Shown here: positions 18,647-27,403 of the stretch, in pieces | How positions within the stretch are numbered: position 1 is the stretch's first letter | Layout of the letters: each line of letters starts with the position of its first letter | Assembly (NCBI GenBank): GCA_963665665.1 | Contig: OY762428.1 | Location: 4,288,001 to 4,352,000 of the forward strand | Length of the DNA stretch: 64,000 bases | Reading direction: 5' to 3' | DNA from: Candidatus Kapaibacterium sp. | Lineage (GTDB): Bacteria > Bacteroidota > Ignavibacteria > Kapaibacteriales > UBA2268 | Notes under the pieces: model-generated | Told to the model about the DNA's origin: nothing | Seen by the model: only the letters and a program-made list of their open reading frames with translations | The model's database searches: none | Translations under genes and position numbers: made by a program

Positions 18647-21265
18647 ATGAAGAAGATTCTTATCATTGCCATTATAATATTATTAAAATCAACAGGCCAC
18701 GCTCAGGACGACTATCAGAAAGGTGAATCGCCGTATTTCATTATTCGGGGAGGTGAAAATTCGATGCCCCTGCTGGACACCAGGGCTGATGTCAATATTG
18801 CAGCTACTATTGCCGACGTGAAAATCACCCAGGTTTACACTAACAAGGGTAAAAAACCGATAGAGGCAATTTACGTTTTCCCGGCATCAACCGGTGCTGC
18901 CATCCACGGGTTGACCATGACAATAAACGAAAGAGTAGTAAAAGCAAAAATTTCGAAAAAGGAAGATGCAAGAAAAACTTACGAGAAAGCCAAAAGTGAA
19001 GGAAAAAGAGCTTCCCTGCTGGAACAGAAAAGGCCAAACGTTTTTAAAATGAATATTGCGAATATTATGCCGGCTGATACTATTATCGTTGAATTAGAAT
19101 ATACCGAAAAGCTGCTGCCGGACGACGGGTTGTTCGAGTTCATGCTTCCGACTGTTGTCGGGCCGAGATTCAAACCCAAATCACCTGAAGGTGAAGACGA
19201 TTTCCCGGATATTAAATATCATTACGGAGAATCAAGTTATGACTTTGATATTAATATAAACCTGATGTCGGGTGTTCCGGTTCATGAAATGGAATGCCCA
19301 ACCCACAAGCTGGATATGACACAGCATTCTGACAGGCATTTGGAGCTATCTCTGGCAGAAAATCAGGAAAAGACTGGCAACAGGGATTTCGTTTTACGTT
19401 ATAGGCTTACCGGAGGACATATAGAATCAGGTTTGCTCCTTTCAGAAGGAGAAGTTGAGAATTTTTTTATGCTTACCCTCCAGCCTCCTGCAAGAGTTGG
19501 CGATGCCGAAATTATACCAAGAGAATATATTTTCGTTATGGATGTTTCCTATTCTATGGCGGGAGATCCCATAGAAATATCAAAAGAATTAATGTTCGAC
19601 TTATTGGACAGGCTGGGACCCAATGATATGTTCAATATTCAGTATTTCGCCTCAACTTCTTATATGATGTCTGAAACTTCACTTCCCGTTACTCCGGAAA
19701 ATATTGAATTTGCCAAAAAAGATATTTCTGAAAATTACGGCGGCGGCGGAACAAACCTTTATCATGCTTTGACCAAATCACTTGCAATCGATAAAAAAAC
19801 CGGTTACGCCAGATCATATATCATTGTTACGGACGGATACATATTAGTTGACGAAAAGGTCGTTGACCTGATCAGAGAAAACCTTAACAATGCAAACTTT
19901 TTTGCATTTGGAATAGGAAGCAGCGTGAACCGCTATCTGATAGAAGCTATTGCAAAATGCGGTTATGGCGAACCATTCGTGGTTCTTGATATGAGCGAAG
20001 CTGAAGATATTGCCGTAAAATTCAGTAAATATATAGAAGATCCTGTTCTTTCAGATATTGAAATAGATTTCGACGGACTGGATGTTTATGACGTGGAACC
20101 GGAAAATATTCCTGATGTATTTGGTACTCGTCCAATCAATATTGTTGGAAAATGGCGGGGTATTCCTGAAGGGGAAATTGAAGTATCCGGCCAGAGTTCT
20201 AAGGGAAAACTCAAAGTATCAATTCCACTTAAAGTATTCGTAAAAAAAGATACAAGTCAGGCTTTGAAGTACCTTTGGGCACGAGACAGGATTGAAGAAC
20301 TTGAACTTTTAAAAAAGGGACAGATAGCTTATACCGAAAAAGAAATAACCGACCTGGGGCTTAAATACGGATTGATGACCGAATATACTTCATTCGTGGC
20401 CGTAGATAATCAGATAGCAAATAAGAAAGGCAATCCGACAGTTGTTGAGCAGGACTTGCCCTTGCCGGAAAATGTTAGTTTTGGCAGGACTTCCTATGCT
20501 TCGTCCTATAGCGGAGGATATTCCGGTTACGGCGGAGGTGATGACGCTGTTGATAATCCTCTTATGCCAATTGCATATCGTAAACCTATCTACGTCGGAC
20601 CTGTTTTCGGGGTACACAGAACATTTATGAGTATTGAATCAGATTATGATGAAAATATTCTTAATAGTTTCAAAGCTGAAAATCTAAGCGGGAATGGCTG
20701 GAACATTGGACTTAGCTTCGAATACCTGCTTGGAAATATTAAAAATTCCAATTCGAGTATTATCGGAATTGTAAAATATGAGAGTATGAATGGAAAGGAT
20801 TATCATAATATCAATCCGGAGGATCTTGTTTTAAATATGCCGCAAATATCAGAACTTCCCGAATACGAAAGAATTGTTGATTTGCAGTTATTAGATATTA
20901 CCCTGCTTTACAAATACAACATGTTCAACAGCAACTTTGGAATAGCTGCAGGGCCTTCATTCAGTTTGATACTAGGAACAAATGACTATAGGGCAATAAA
21001 TTTGTTTGATGAAAATATATCATTCCCCAATGTTGACGGTTATAAACTTGACAATAATGGCCAAACTCTGATTTTACGTGATGGTGATGTTCCAGATGTC
21101 AATGCGTTCAGGATAGCCCTGAACTTCAGACTTCAATATGAAATACTTCTGGGCCGGATGTATATTGTTCCTTACGCCGGTTATCAGCTCGGATTAACTT
21201 CCCTGAGTCCTGCTATAAAACTAAATATGATTCACATAGGCACTGAAATCAGATTTGCCATCTGA
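18647..21265 (+). CDS. Secreted VIT + vWA domain protein with C-terminal outer-membrane beta-barrel
   Basis: VIT (IEAIYVFP, ASLLEQ), vWA MIDAS (FVMDVSYSM, GGGT, VTDG), LMTEYTSFVAVD, then ~230 aa of amphipathic strands ending HIGTEIRFAI. Confidence 0.88.
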   Translation: MKKILIIAIIILLKSTGHAQDDYQKGESPYFIIRGGENSMPLLDTRADVNIAATIADVKITQVYTNKGKKPIEAIYVFPASTGAAIHGLTMTINERVVKAKISKKEDARKTYEKAKSEGKRASLLEQKRPNVFKMNIANIMPADTIIVELEYTEKLLPDDGLFEFMLPTVVGPRFKPKSPEGEDDFPDIKYHYGESSYDFDININLMSGVPVHEMECPTHKLDMTQHSDRHLELSLAENQEKTGNRDFVLRYRLTGGHIESGLLLSEGEVENFFMLTLQPPARVGDAEIIPREYIFVMDVSYSMAGDPIEISKELMFDLLDRLGPNDMFNIQYFASTSYMMSETSLPVTPENIEFAKKDISENYGGGGTNLYHALTKSLAIDKKTGYARSYIIVTDGYILVDEKVVDLIRENLNNANFFAFGIGSSVNRYLIEAIAKCGYGEPFVVLDMSEAEDIAVKFSKYIEDPVLSDIEIDFDGLDVYDVEPENIPDVFGTRPINIVGKWRGIPEGEIEVSGQSSKGKLKVSIPLKVFVKKDTSQALKYLWARDRIEELELLKKGQIAYTEKEITDLGLKYGLMTEYTSFVAVDNQIANKKGNPTVVEQDLPLPENVSFGRTSYASSYSGGYSGYGGGDDAVDNPLMPIAYRKPIYVGPVFGVHRTFMSIESDYDENILNSFKAENLSGNGWNIGLSFEYLLGNIKNSNSSIIGIVKYESMNGKDYHNINPEDLVLNMPQISELPEYERIVDLQLLDITLLYKYNMFNSNFGIAAGPSFSLILGTNDYRAINLFDENISFPNVDGYKLDNNGQTLILRDGDVPDVNAFRIALNFRLQYEILLGRMYIVPYAGYQLGLTSLSPAIKLNMIHIGTEIRFAI

Positions 21266-21281
21266 TACCCGGTGGTTATAC

Positions 21282-21320
21282 ATAATAACGAGCAGCTCTC
21301 TACGGGCTGCTTGTATTATT
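21282..21320. terminator. Probable bidirectional Rho-independent terminator
   Basis: ATAATAACGAGCAGCTC/GGGCTGCTTGTATTAT inverted repeat after the VIT gene. Confidence 0.6.
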
Positions 21321-21471
21321 AAAATACGAATTACGGGTATAGATCCACAAATAAACAATGGAAAGAATATCCCGTTAAGCCGAGTTTTTGTATCCTGCTT
21401 CAGCTGAAAAATTCATCTCACGCAATTTGTATCGCTGCGTTCTAAAGTTTGGGCCTCAGATACCTTATAAA

Positions 21472-21724
21472 AGCAAAACAGCGGAAAAACCTATCAGCAG
21501 GAAGAATTTTATTATACTTCTGGCGGTTTTCTGAAAAATTTTGTAGATTACGATTATAGCAGAGACTACGAAGACCTTGAATGTGATATTATGACCTTAG
21601 ACAGTGACAAATGGGATTGGAGATACCTTAATCATAAGAACAAAGAGTTAAGGAATGGAATGAACAGAAACAGCATAAATATAAATCCATGGGAAACTAC
21701 AGGAAACGAAAAACAATTTGCATG
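21472..21724 (+). pseudogene. Start-less ORF remnant, Tyr/Asp-rich
   Basis: Open stretch QNSGKTYQQEEFYYTSGG...MNRNSININPWETTGNEKQFA* preceded by a stop; shares an MNxNSIN segment with the start of the 22889 ORF. Confidence 0.3.
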
Positions 21725-21808
21725 ATTATTTTTGAAATCAGTATATTACATAATCGCTGAAAAATTAGTATATATAGAAAATAGTTCTTAAAATGGTGGT
21801 GAAATAAA

Positions 21809-22309
21809 ATGACTAAACATTCTAAGAAAATTGATGTACAAGGAACCAATATCAATATATTCGAAGATAATGTTGGCGATTTCCTTTCACTGACAGATAT
21901 GCTAAAAGCCAAGGATGGAGATTTCTTTATATCCGATTGGCTTAGGAACAGGAATACTGTGGAATTTCTCGGAATATGGGAAAAGGTGCATAATCCGGAT
22001 TTTAATTATGGCGAATTCGCCATAATTAGAAGTCAGGCAGGCCTGAATAGTTATAAGATCAGCGTAAAAAAATGGGTAAGAAAAACCAGTGCTGTCGGAT
22101 TGAGGTCAAAAGCCGGCAGGTACTGCGGAACTTATGTACACAAGGATATTGCATTTGTATTTGGTTATGCTGGAAATGCAGTTTTAATATTATATGGAGA
22201 TGAAATTGAAAGCGGTATAGATGATGCCGTTGATAGCATTTGGGAAAATATGTATCCGATGTTACAGGATATGGCTAATCCAAATACATATATAAACTTA
22301 AGCAGGTAA
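21809..22309 (+). pseudogene. KilA-N domain protein, truncated and fused in frame to an unrelated tail
   Basis: FLSLTDMLK, WLRNRNTVEFLGIWE, KAGRYCGTYVHKDIAF; family similarity stops at ~22160 and ~45 unrelated aa follow. Confidence 0.75.
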
Positions 22310-22315
22310 TGAAGA

Positions 22316-22792
22316 ATGAAAGGAAACATAATTTATTATTTATTCTATCGGTTTATTAATTCTTTCAGTGAAAAGGGAAATAAAATCAAAACAGAGGATA
22401 TAAACCATACAGCATGGATGGCAATGGGGAAAATTTCGATGATTGAGGGTTCATTCATATTATTTATTAGTTTAATATTTGCCTTTAATTTTCCAAATGA
22501 AATTGATACTTTTTTTAAACATCCCATTTTTAAATCATCAATTTTTACTTTTGCACCCATTCGTTCAGTTCCGATCATAATAGTACTACCATGGCTCTTA
22601 TTAATTTTTCTACAATATTTATTTTTGACTTTTAGAGGAAAAGCAATAAAAATAGTTGCCTACTATGATGAAAGATTTAATGAAACCAATGAAGAAAGAC
22701 AAACATATTGTTGGCGCTATAATTTTTATTGGGTTGTATTGAGTGCTCTTTTTATTTTTTTATCACTTATTACAGGTTTAATATTTAGATAA
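22316..22792 (+). CDS. Hypothetical three-TM membrane protein, candidate immunity protein
   Basis: Very AT-rich; three hydrophobic segments; starts 6 nt after the upstream ORF within a toxin-cassette region. Confidence 0.55.
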   Translation: MKGNIIYYLFYRFINSFSEKGNKIKTEDINHTAWMAMGKISMIEGSFILFISLIFAFNFPNEIDTFFKHPIFKSSIFTFAPIRSVPIIIVLPWLLLIFLQYLFLTFRGKAIKIVAYYDERFNETNEERQTYCWRYNFYWVVLSALFIFLSLITGLIFR

Positions 22793-22888
22793 CTTGAATT
22801 GACTAATAGTTTGAGGATAATGATTTGATGGAATTTTTGTTTTAGAGTCATCATGCGTTATATGTCAGGGATAAAAGAATAAAGGCGA

Positions 22889-24007
22889 ATGAACGAAAAC
22901 AGCATAAATACAGCCCCGAAAGCCATCCGGAATGATTCCCTTGCGGAATTATTTACATTCCATTCTCCTTATTCCTATGCTTTTAATAACCCCGTTAATT
23001 GGTCTTACCCTTCGGGGCTGGCACCGGAGAAAGCCGGGCATAAAGATAGAATTCTTGAGGAGGAAGAAGCTACGATTGTGGACGGAAAGCGTACCTTTAG
23101 AAATATTGATGTTACTGCTACTCGAATATATGAAGGAGCCAATATAAGATGTTGGGCAGGAGATATAAGACAGGAAGGACTTGGAATATTATTAGAAATT
23201 CAAACTGATAAGGAAAATATTTCTTACAAACTTGGGCAAACTGCCGCACAAATACGTGCTAATCTGGCTCTTGATAAAGCAGGAAATACAGCCTTAATTC
23301 GACTGGAAGCAGGATATGATTCTCCAGGTCCAAATCCAAACTCTGAAATCAAAGGGAACAGTAATGGAGCAGGATGTGGTGGCAGTAGCAATATTAGTAT
23401 TGATAAACCAATGAATTATATTTCCGGGAATAGAACTTCAAATGTTGTTTCGGATAATACCCAGGTTAATGTTGATCAATTTTCTCCCGAATATTATGAA
23501 CGCTCTCAACTTCAACAGCCCTCACCAAAAGATTTATGGAATTCTCCTATTGGAAGGTATTTCATTCCAGATTTTTTGGGTATTGGGATAGGATTTAATT
23601 GTATATCAGGAGGTGGAATTGGCGGAACAGTGGAATTAAGATGGGTAACAAGGGGAGATGACGCATCAGCAATTCCAGTTGTTACTGTAACTCCTGCGAT
23701 CGGAGGAGGGGGTGCTCTTGATTTTACACTTAATATTGAAACAGCTCATTATTTTGGACCTGTTGAAGAAATTAAGGGAAGTATGGTGGAGACGAATTCT
23801 ATAACATCTAATGCCGAGCCAACGTTTTTTATATCTGCTGGGGTAGCCTTATACGGTGGGTCAGTTGGAGGAACTTTAAATATTACACCTGTAAATGGTA
23901 CTTATATTATTGGAAGGGAACTTAATATCGGGCCAGCTGTTCCAACTGTTATTGAAGTTGCTGCTGGTCATAATAATACTTTTATTATCTATGATTTTAA
24001 AGATTAG
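22889..24007 (+). CDS. Orphan RHS C-terminal cassette with Gly-rich putative toxin domain
   Basis: RHS core end motif SPYSYAFNNPVNWSYPSGL (the DPxGL Asp is replaced), then a linker and a ~150 aa Gly-rich beta-strand C-terminus; no RHS body upstream. Confidence 0.78.
   Translation: MNENSINTAPKAIRNDSLAELFTFHSPYSYAFNNPVNWSYPSGLAPEKAGHKDRILEEEEATIVDGKRTFRNIDVTATRIYEGANIRCWAGDIRQEGLGILLEIQTDKENISYKLGQTAAQIRANLALDKAGNTALIRLEAGYDSPGPNPNSEIKGNSNGAGCGGSSNISIDKPMNYISGNRTSNVVSDNTQVNVDQFSPEYYERSQLQQPSPKDLWNSPIGRYFIPDFLGIGIGFNCISGGGIGGTVELRWVTRGDDASAIPVVTVTPAIGGGGALDFTLNIETAHYFGPVEEIKGSMVETNSITSNAEPTFFISAGVALYGGSVGGTLNITPVNGTYIIGRELNIGPAVPTVIEVAAGHNNTFIIYDFKD
22934..23367 (+). repeat. Direct repeat copy 1 (RHS core end plus linker)
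   Basis: Homologous to 25048-25481; the last 272 bp (23096-23367) are identical to 25210-25481. Confidence 0.95.
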
Positions 24008-24014
24008 CGAATAT

Positions 24015-24398
24015 ATGAAAAAAAATATTATTGGGGAATTGTTGATTTATGTATTTTTATTCATTGTTTTTGTTCTTGCTGTATTAACTTCATTGTTACT
24101 TCAGCGTGAGAACGATACTAAATATAATGTTTACTATCATAAATTTGATACGACAAGAATCAACGGAATGTTATTAAAGGTTTTTGATACAAGACATGGA
24201 ACGAAGATATCAATTAAAAATTATAGGGATGATTTCTTGTTTCGGACAAAGAACTTTTTAAATGATGATATTCCTTTTTTTTATAAGATTGCTAAGAGAG
24301 GAGATTCAATATTCAAACCAGCTTACTCTAAATATATTAAACTTATCAAAATTGATGGGAGACAATATGATTTTAAAATCAAAGATTATAGTGAATGA
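24015..24398 (+). CDS. Single-TM protein, candidate immunity protein
   Basis: ATG 24015, 7 nt after the toxin cassette stop; N-terminal TM helix; low GC. Confidence 0.6.
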   Translation: MKKNIIGELLIYVFLFIVFVLAVLTSLLLQRENDTKYNVYYHKFDTTRINGMLLKVFDTRHGTKISIKNYRDDFLFRTKNFLNDDIPFFYKIAKRGDSIFKPAYSKYIKLIKIDGRQYDFKIKDYSE

Positions 24399-24837
24399 AT
24401 GTAAAATATTTTTTATCTTTTTCGTTTTATTTTTTTTACTCTCTTCTTGTACGAATCCTCAAAAAAGGCAAGAAGCAAGATTAAAAGCAGATAAATTAAT
24501 TGAAAAAATTGCTAGTGGAAATGCAATTTCAGAGTTTTCCGAAGAACTTTTTCCTAACAGGAATTATATTTCTAATTCTTTAAAAAACCTCAAAGAATTT
24601 TGTGATTTTAAGAATCGTAAAGGTCATTTTATTAATGATTTTTATCAAAAGGGTCCAAACTATGACAGGGTATCTTTTATTTATGAATATTATCTCAAAT
24701 GTGATAGTATCAGATTTATTATTTCATATGATATAACAAATGAGATAAATTTAGTTGCTTTCCAATTAGAAGGAATAGAAAAGGATAATCCAATGATTAT
24801 TTATCCTGAAAAAAGACTGCCTGTAAAAAAAGATTAA
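24391..24837 (+). CDS. Lipoprotein, candidate second/orphan immunity protein
   Basis: GTG start overlapping the previous stop; lipobox LLSSC. Confidence 0.6.
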   Translation: MNECKIFFIFFVLFFLLSSCTNPQKRQEARLKADKLIEKIASGNAISEFSEELFPNRNYISNSLKNLKEFCDFKNRKGHFINDFYQKGPNYDRVSFIYEYYLKCDSIRFIISYDITNEINLVAFQLEGIEKDNPMIIYPEKRLPVKKD

Positions 24838-24838
24838 T

Positions 24839-24887
24839 TTACATACGATGATTATACTGCAAAATCCGGGAAGATTTTTCCGGATTT
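24839..24887 (+). repeat. Hairpin-containing ~50-bp motif, also present at ~35413-35463
   Basis: TTACATACGATGATTATACTGCAAAATCCGGGAAGATTTTTCCGGATTTT versus TTACATAAGATTGATTATCATACAAAATCCGGGGCGTTTTTTCCGGATTTT. Confidence 0.7.
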
Positions 24888-24954
24888 TCATTGCTTTTCG
24901 GGAAATTAATTCTTATATTTTTAATTATTATTATGATGCGGGTTGGACTGAATT

Positions 24955-25512
24955 GTGAAATTTGTTTTTCAACAAAATAATTTTTGGAAAAGAATCTCCT
25001 TTGCCGGGAATACCGACTTCTATGATTGGCATTATAAATCATCTGCCGATCCTCTTGCGGAATTATTTACATTCAATTCTCCATATTCCTATGCTTTTAA
25101 TAACCCCGTGAACTGGTCTGATCCGTCAGGACTGGCTCCGGAGAAAGCCGGGCATAAGGATAAAATTCTGGAGATGGAAGAAGCTATGATTGTGGATGGA
25201 AAACGTACATTTAGAAATATTGATGTTACTGCTACTCGAATATATGAAGGAGCCAATATAAGATGTTGGGCAGGAGATATAAGACAGGAAGGACTTGGAA
25301 TATTATTAGAAATTCAAACTGATAAGGAAAATATTTCTTACAAACTTGGGCAAACTGCCGCACAAATACGTGCTAATCTGGCTCTTGATAAAGCAGGAAA
25401 TACAGCCTTAATTCGACTGGAAGCAGGATATGATTCTCCAGGTCCAAATCCAAACTCTGAAATCAAAGGGAACAGTAATGGTGCTGGATATGTTACTGTT
25501 CCAAGTCTGTAG
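24955..25512 (+). pseudogene. Second RHS C-terminal cassette, truncated before its toxin domain
   Basis: ADPLAELF...SPYSYAFNNPVNWSDPSGL intact; stops 10 codons after homology with copy 1 ends. Confidence 0.75.
25048..25481 (+). repeat. Direct repeat copy 2 (RHS core end plus linker)
   Basis: First ~160 bp diverge from copy 1, mostly at synonymous sites; the remainder is identical. Confidence 0.95.
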
Positions 25513-25859
25513 CGGTCTGAGAGGAAATCATACACTTCCTGACCTCTCGCCAGGTCAAAAGCGCTGTTGTATAGGATCACATCTCCGATAGCCCCGTTGA
25601 AAGTACATGAGTAAGTTTCGCCTGTGTTGTAGTCGTGGAAGCATGTTCTTGCAGCCCCGCCGGTTTCGGTAAGGCCCTGCACGAAGTTCTGCACAATGTT
25701 TGCCGGAACCAGTTCCTGCTTTTTTCGTTCCATTCTGGAAATCTGACTTTTACTGCTCATGTTAAGAAGCCGTGCAGCATTTTCCTGGCTAAGCCCGAAA
25801 TATTCCCTCAGTCGTCGGAATTCTTCTCCTGTCAGTGGAGGTAGGTTGTCGTGAAACAT
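25338..25859 (-). CDS. XRE-family HTH protein; C-terminus reads antisense into the RHS repeat
   Basis: LTGEEFRRLREYFGLSQENAARLLNMSSKSQISRMER helix-turn-helix. Confidence 0.7.
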   Translation of the reverse strand: MFHDNLPPLTGEEFRRLREYFGLSQENAARLLNMSSKSQISRMERKKQELVPANIVQNFVQGLTETGGAARTCFHDYNTGETYSCTFNGAIGDVILYNSAFDLARGQEVYDFLSDRYRLGTVTYPAPLLFPLISEFGFGPGESYPASSRIKAVFPALSRARLARICAAVCPSL

Positions 25860-26122
25860 AATTTGTCTTTCTATTATTAATTATATGTTCGTGTTTCATG
25901 TTTGATTGAAGCTATTCATGAATATAACTATCTTATAGTTAAAAATAAGATAATTTATATTCGCTTTAAATAAATTGCGTTCATAATCGCTCTCAGTGCG
26001 GTTTTCAAAGGCTTGCACAACTAAAACCATTGCCGGAGTAACAAGTGCTGATAGCGGACGTATACGGCGCTAATTCCAAGTCAGGCAGTAATTTCCCGGA
26101 TTATATCCCAAAAAAACAGCTT

Positions 26123-26509
26123 TCATAGTTCCTCCTGGGCATTCGGGAACAATTTCTGGGCTGATTCAAGGAAACGGAAAAGCTCGTCCGTGAGTTCTTT
26201 CAGGATTTCATCACTGAGTTTGATTTCATTCATGCAGGCAAATGCCAGCATAAGAAAATCCTGAAGATAGCTGCGGTAGAAATCAGGACTGGCAAGAACT
26301 TCGTGTTCCATGCTCAGGCGTTTTGTTTCATGCTGCTTTCTCATCATATCGGCAAGGTGGTCAATGGCCTCTTTTTCCGGAGCGAGAGGGAAAAGTATTG
26401 CTGACGGCAAATTATTTTTCGTCAGGCAGGCAAAACCCAGCTTTTCACTTACCCTTACGAGCTGTGAAATTCCCATTTTCGAGGCTTCGTTCATTGCGAA
26501 ATTTTGCAT
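26123..26509 (-). CDS. Phd/YefM-like antitoxin-fold protein with helical extension
   Basis: N-terminus MNEASKMGISQLVRVSEKLGFACLTKNNLPSAILFP fits the Phd pattern (helix, then ITxNxxPxAVL). Confidence 0.5.
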   Translation of the reverse strand: MQNFAMNEASKMGISQLVRVSEKLGFACLTKNNLPSAILFPLAPEKEAIDHLADMMRKQHETKRLSMEHEVLASPDFYRSYLQDFLMLAFACMNEIKLSDEILKELTDELFRFLESAQKLFPNAQEEL

Positions 26510-26830
26510 AATTGTTTAACCTTGTTTATTGATGTAAAATACTGTATTACCCATATAAACCAATGGCTTATAATTGTAATATACGAAAAATATTTCAATA
26601 TATTTCAATGTATATGAAAATTTATTTTAAGATTTGTATATTCCTCCCCTTGCCTTTCTCCTGAAAATTTGCAATATTAAGAATTGAATGCTCGCGGGGG
26701 AGTATTCCGGCAATGGCAGAGAGAAGGGCAGGAAAAAATTTAATCAAAGCGGTAGCCGAAAGTTGCTTTTGGTTTCTAAAAAAAGCTGCCCCGCTTTGGG
26801 ACAGCATTTATTCTAAATTGAATTATGTCA

Positions 26831-27370
26831 TCAAACTAATTTCGTTGCCTTGTAAGTACCGAAAATTACAAGCAGGGAACCGAGAAGGATTGCAGCCCAC
26901 TCACCGAGTGTCGGGATGAGCGGCGGGGGAGGCGCTGAGAAGAAGCCCCATACTGAGAACTCATTAACATTTCTCACTCTAATTAATAATTTATCGCCTT
27001 CATCGGTTACATTTATATTTTCAGTATTGATCTTGTGAAGAATCCCTTCATGGATACGGTAAAGTGGCAGATTGCTAAGGTCTGCACCTGATTTCAACGA
27101 GCTTATCGGCAGTTGGAATGTTATCGTAGCATTTAGGTTCGAAGGTGCTTCGATCTGCCAGAGAATACCGGCAATATTTATATCCCGATCATCTTCTATT
27201 AGATTTATCCGGTATTCGGACTGCCTTTCGGATTCTACAATCAGACTATAAGTTCGGCCATTCAATTGCCTGCTGTATTCCTGAGCGGGACGTCCACCCT
27301 TTATCGCTTCAGCCAAGGACAGACTTTGGGATGCGACCAGTACAATTATTATTAATAATAGTTTTTTCAT
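26831..27370 (-). CDS. Small secreted protein with IPTL-CTERM sorting signal
   Basis: GAGG RBS, signal peptide, C-terminal PPPPLIPTLGEW + TM helix + basic tail. Confidence 0.85.
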   Translation of the reverse strand: MKKLLLIIIVLVASQSLSLAEAIKGGRPAQEYSRQLNGRTYSLIVESERQSEYRINLIEDDRDINIAGILWQIEAPSNLNATITFQLPISSLKSGADLSNLPLYRIHEGILHKINTENINVTDEGDKLLIRVRNVNEFSVWGFFSAPPPPLIPTLGEWAAILLGSLLVIFGTYKATKLV

Positions 27371-27403
27371 TTATTACCTCAATTATAATTTCAAATTTAT
27401 AGA

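Noticed and set aside
21294-21305. att duplication of the tRNA-Lys 3' end (GCTCTCT)
   Set aside because: Only 7 bp, and it lies inside a terminator hairpin; consistent with chance.
22934-25481. Diversity-generating retroelement TR/VR pair
   Set aside because: Differences are not adenine-specific and are mostly synonymous; no reverse transcriptase is present.
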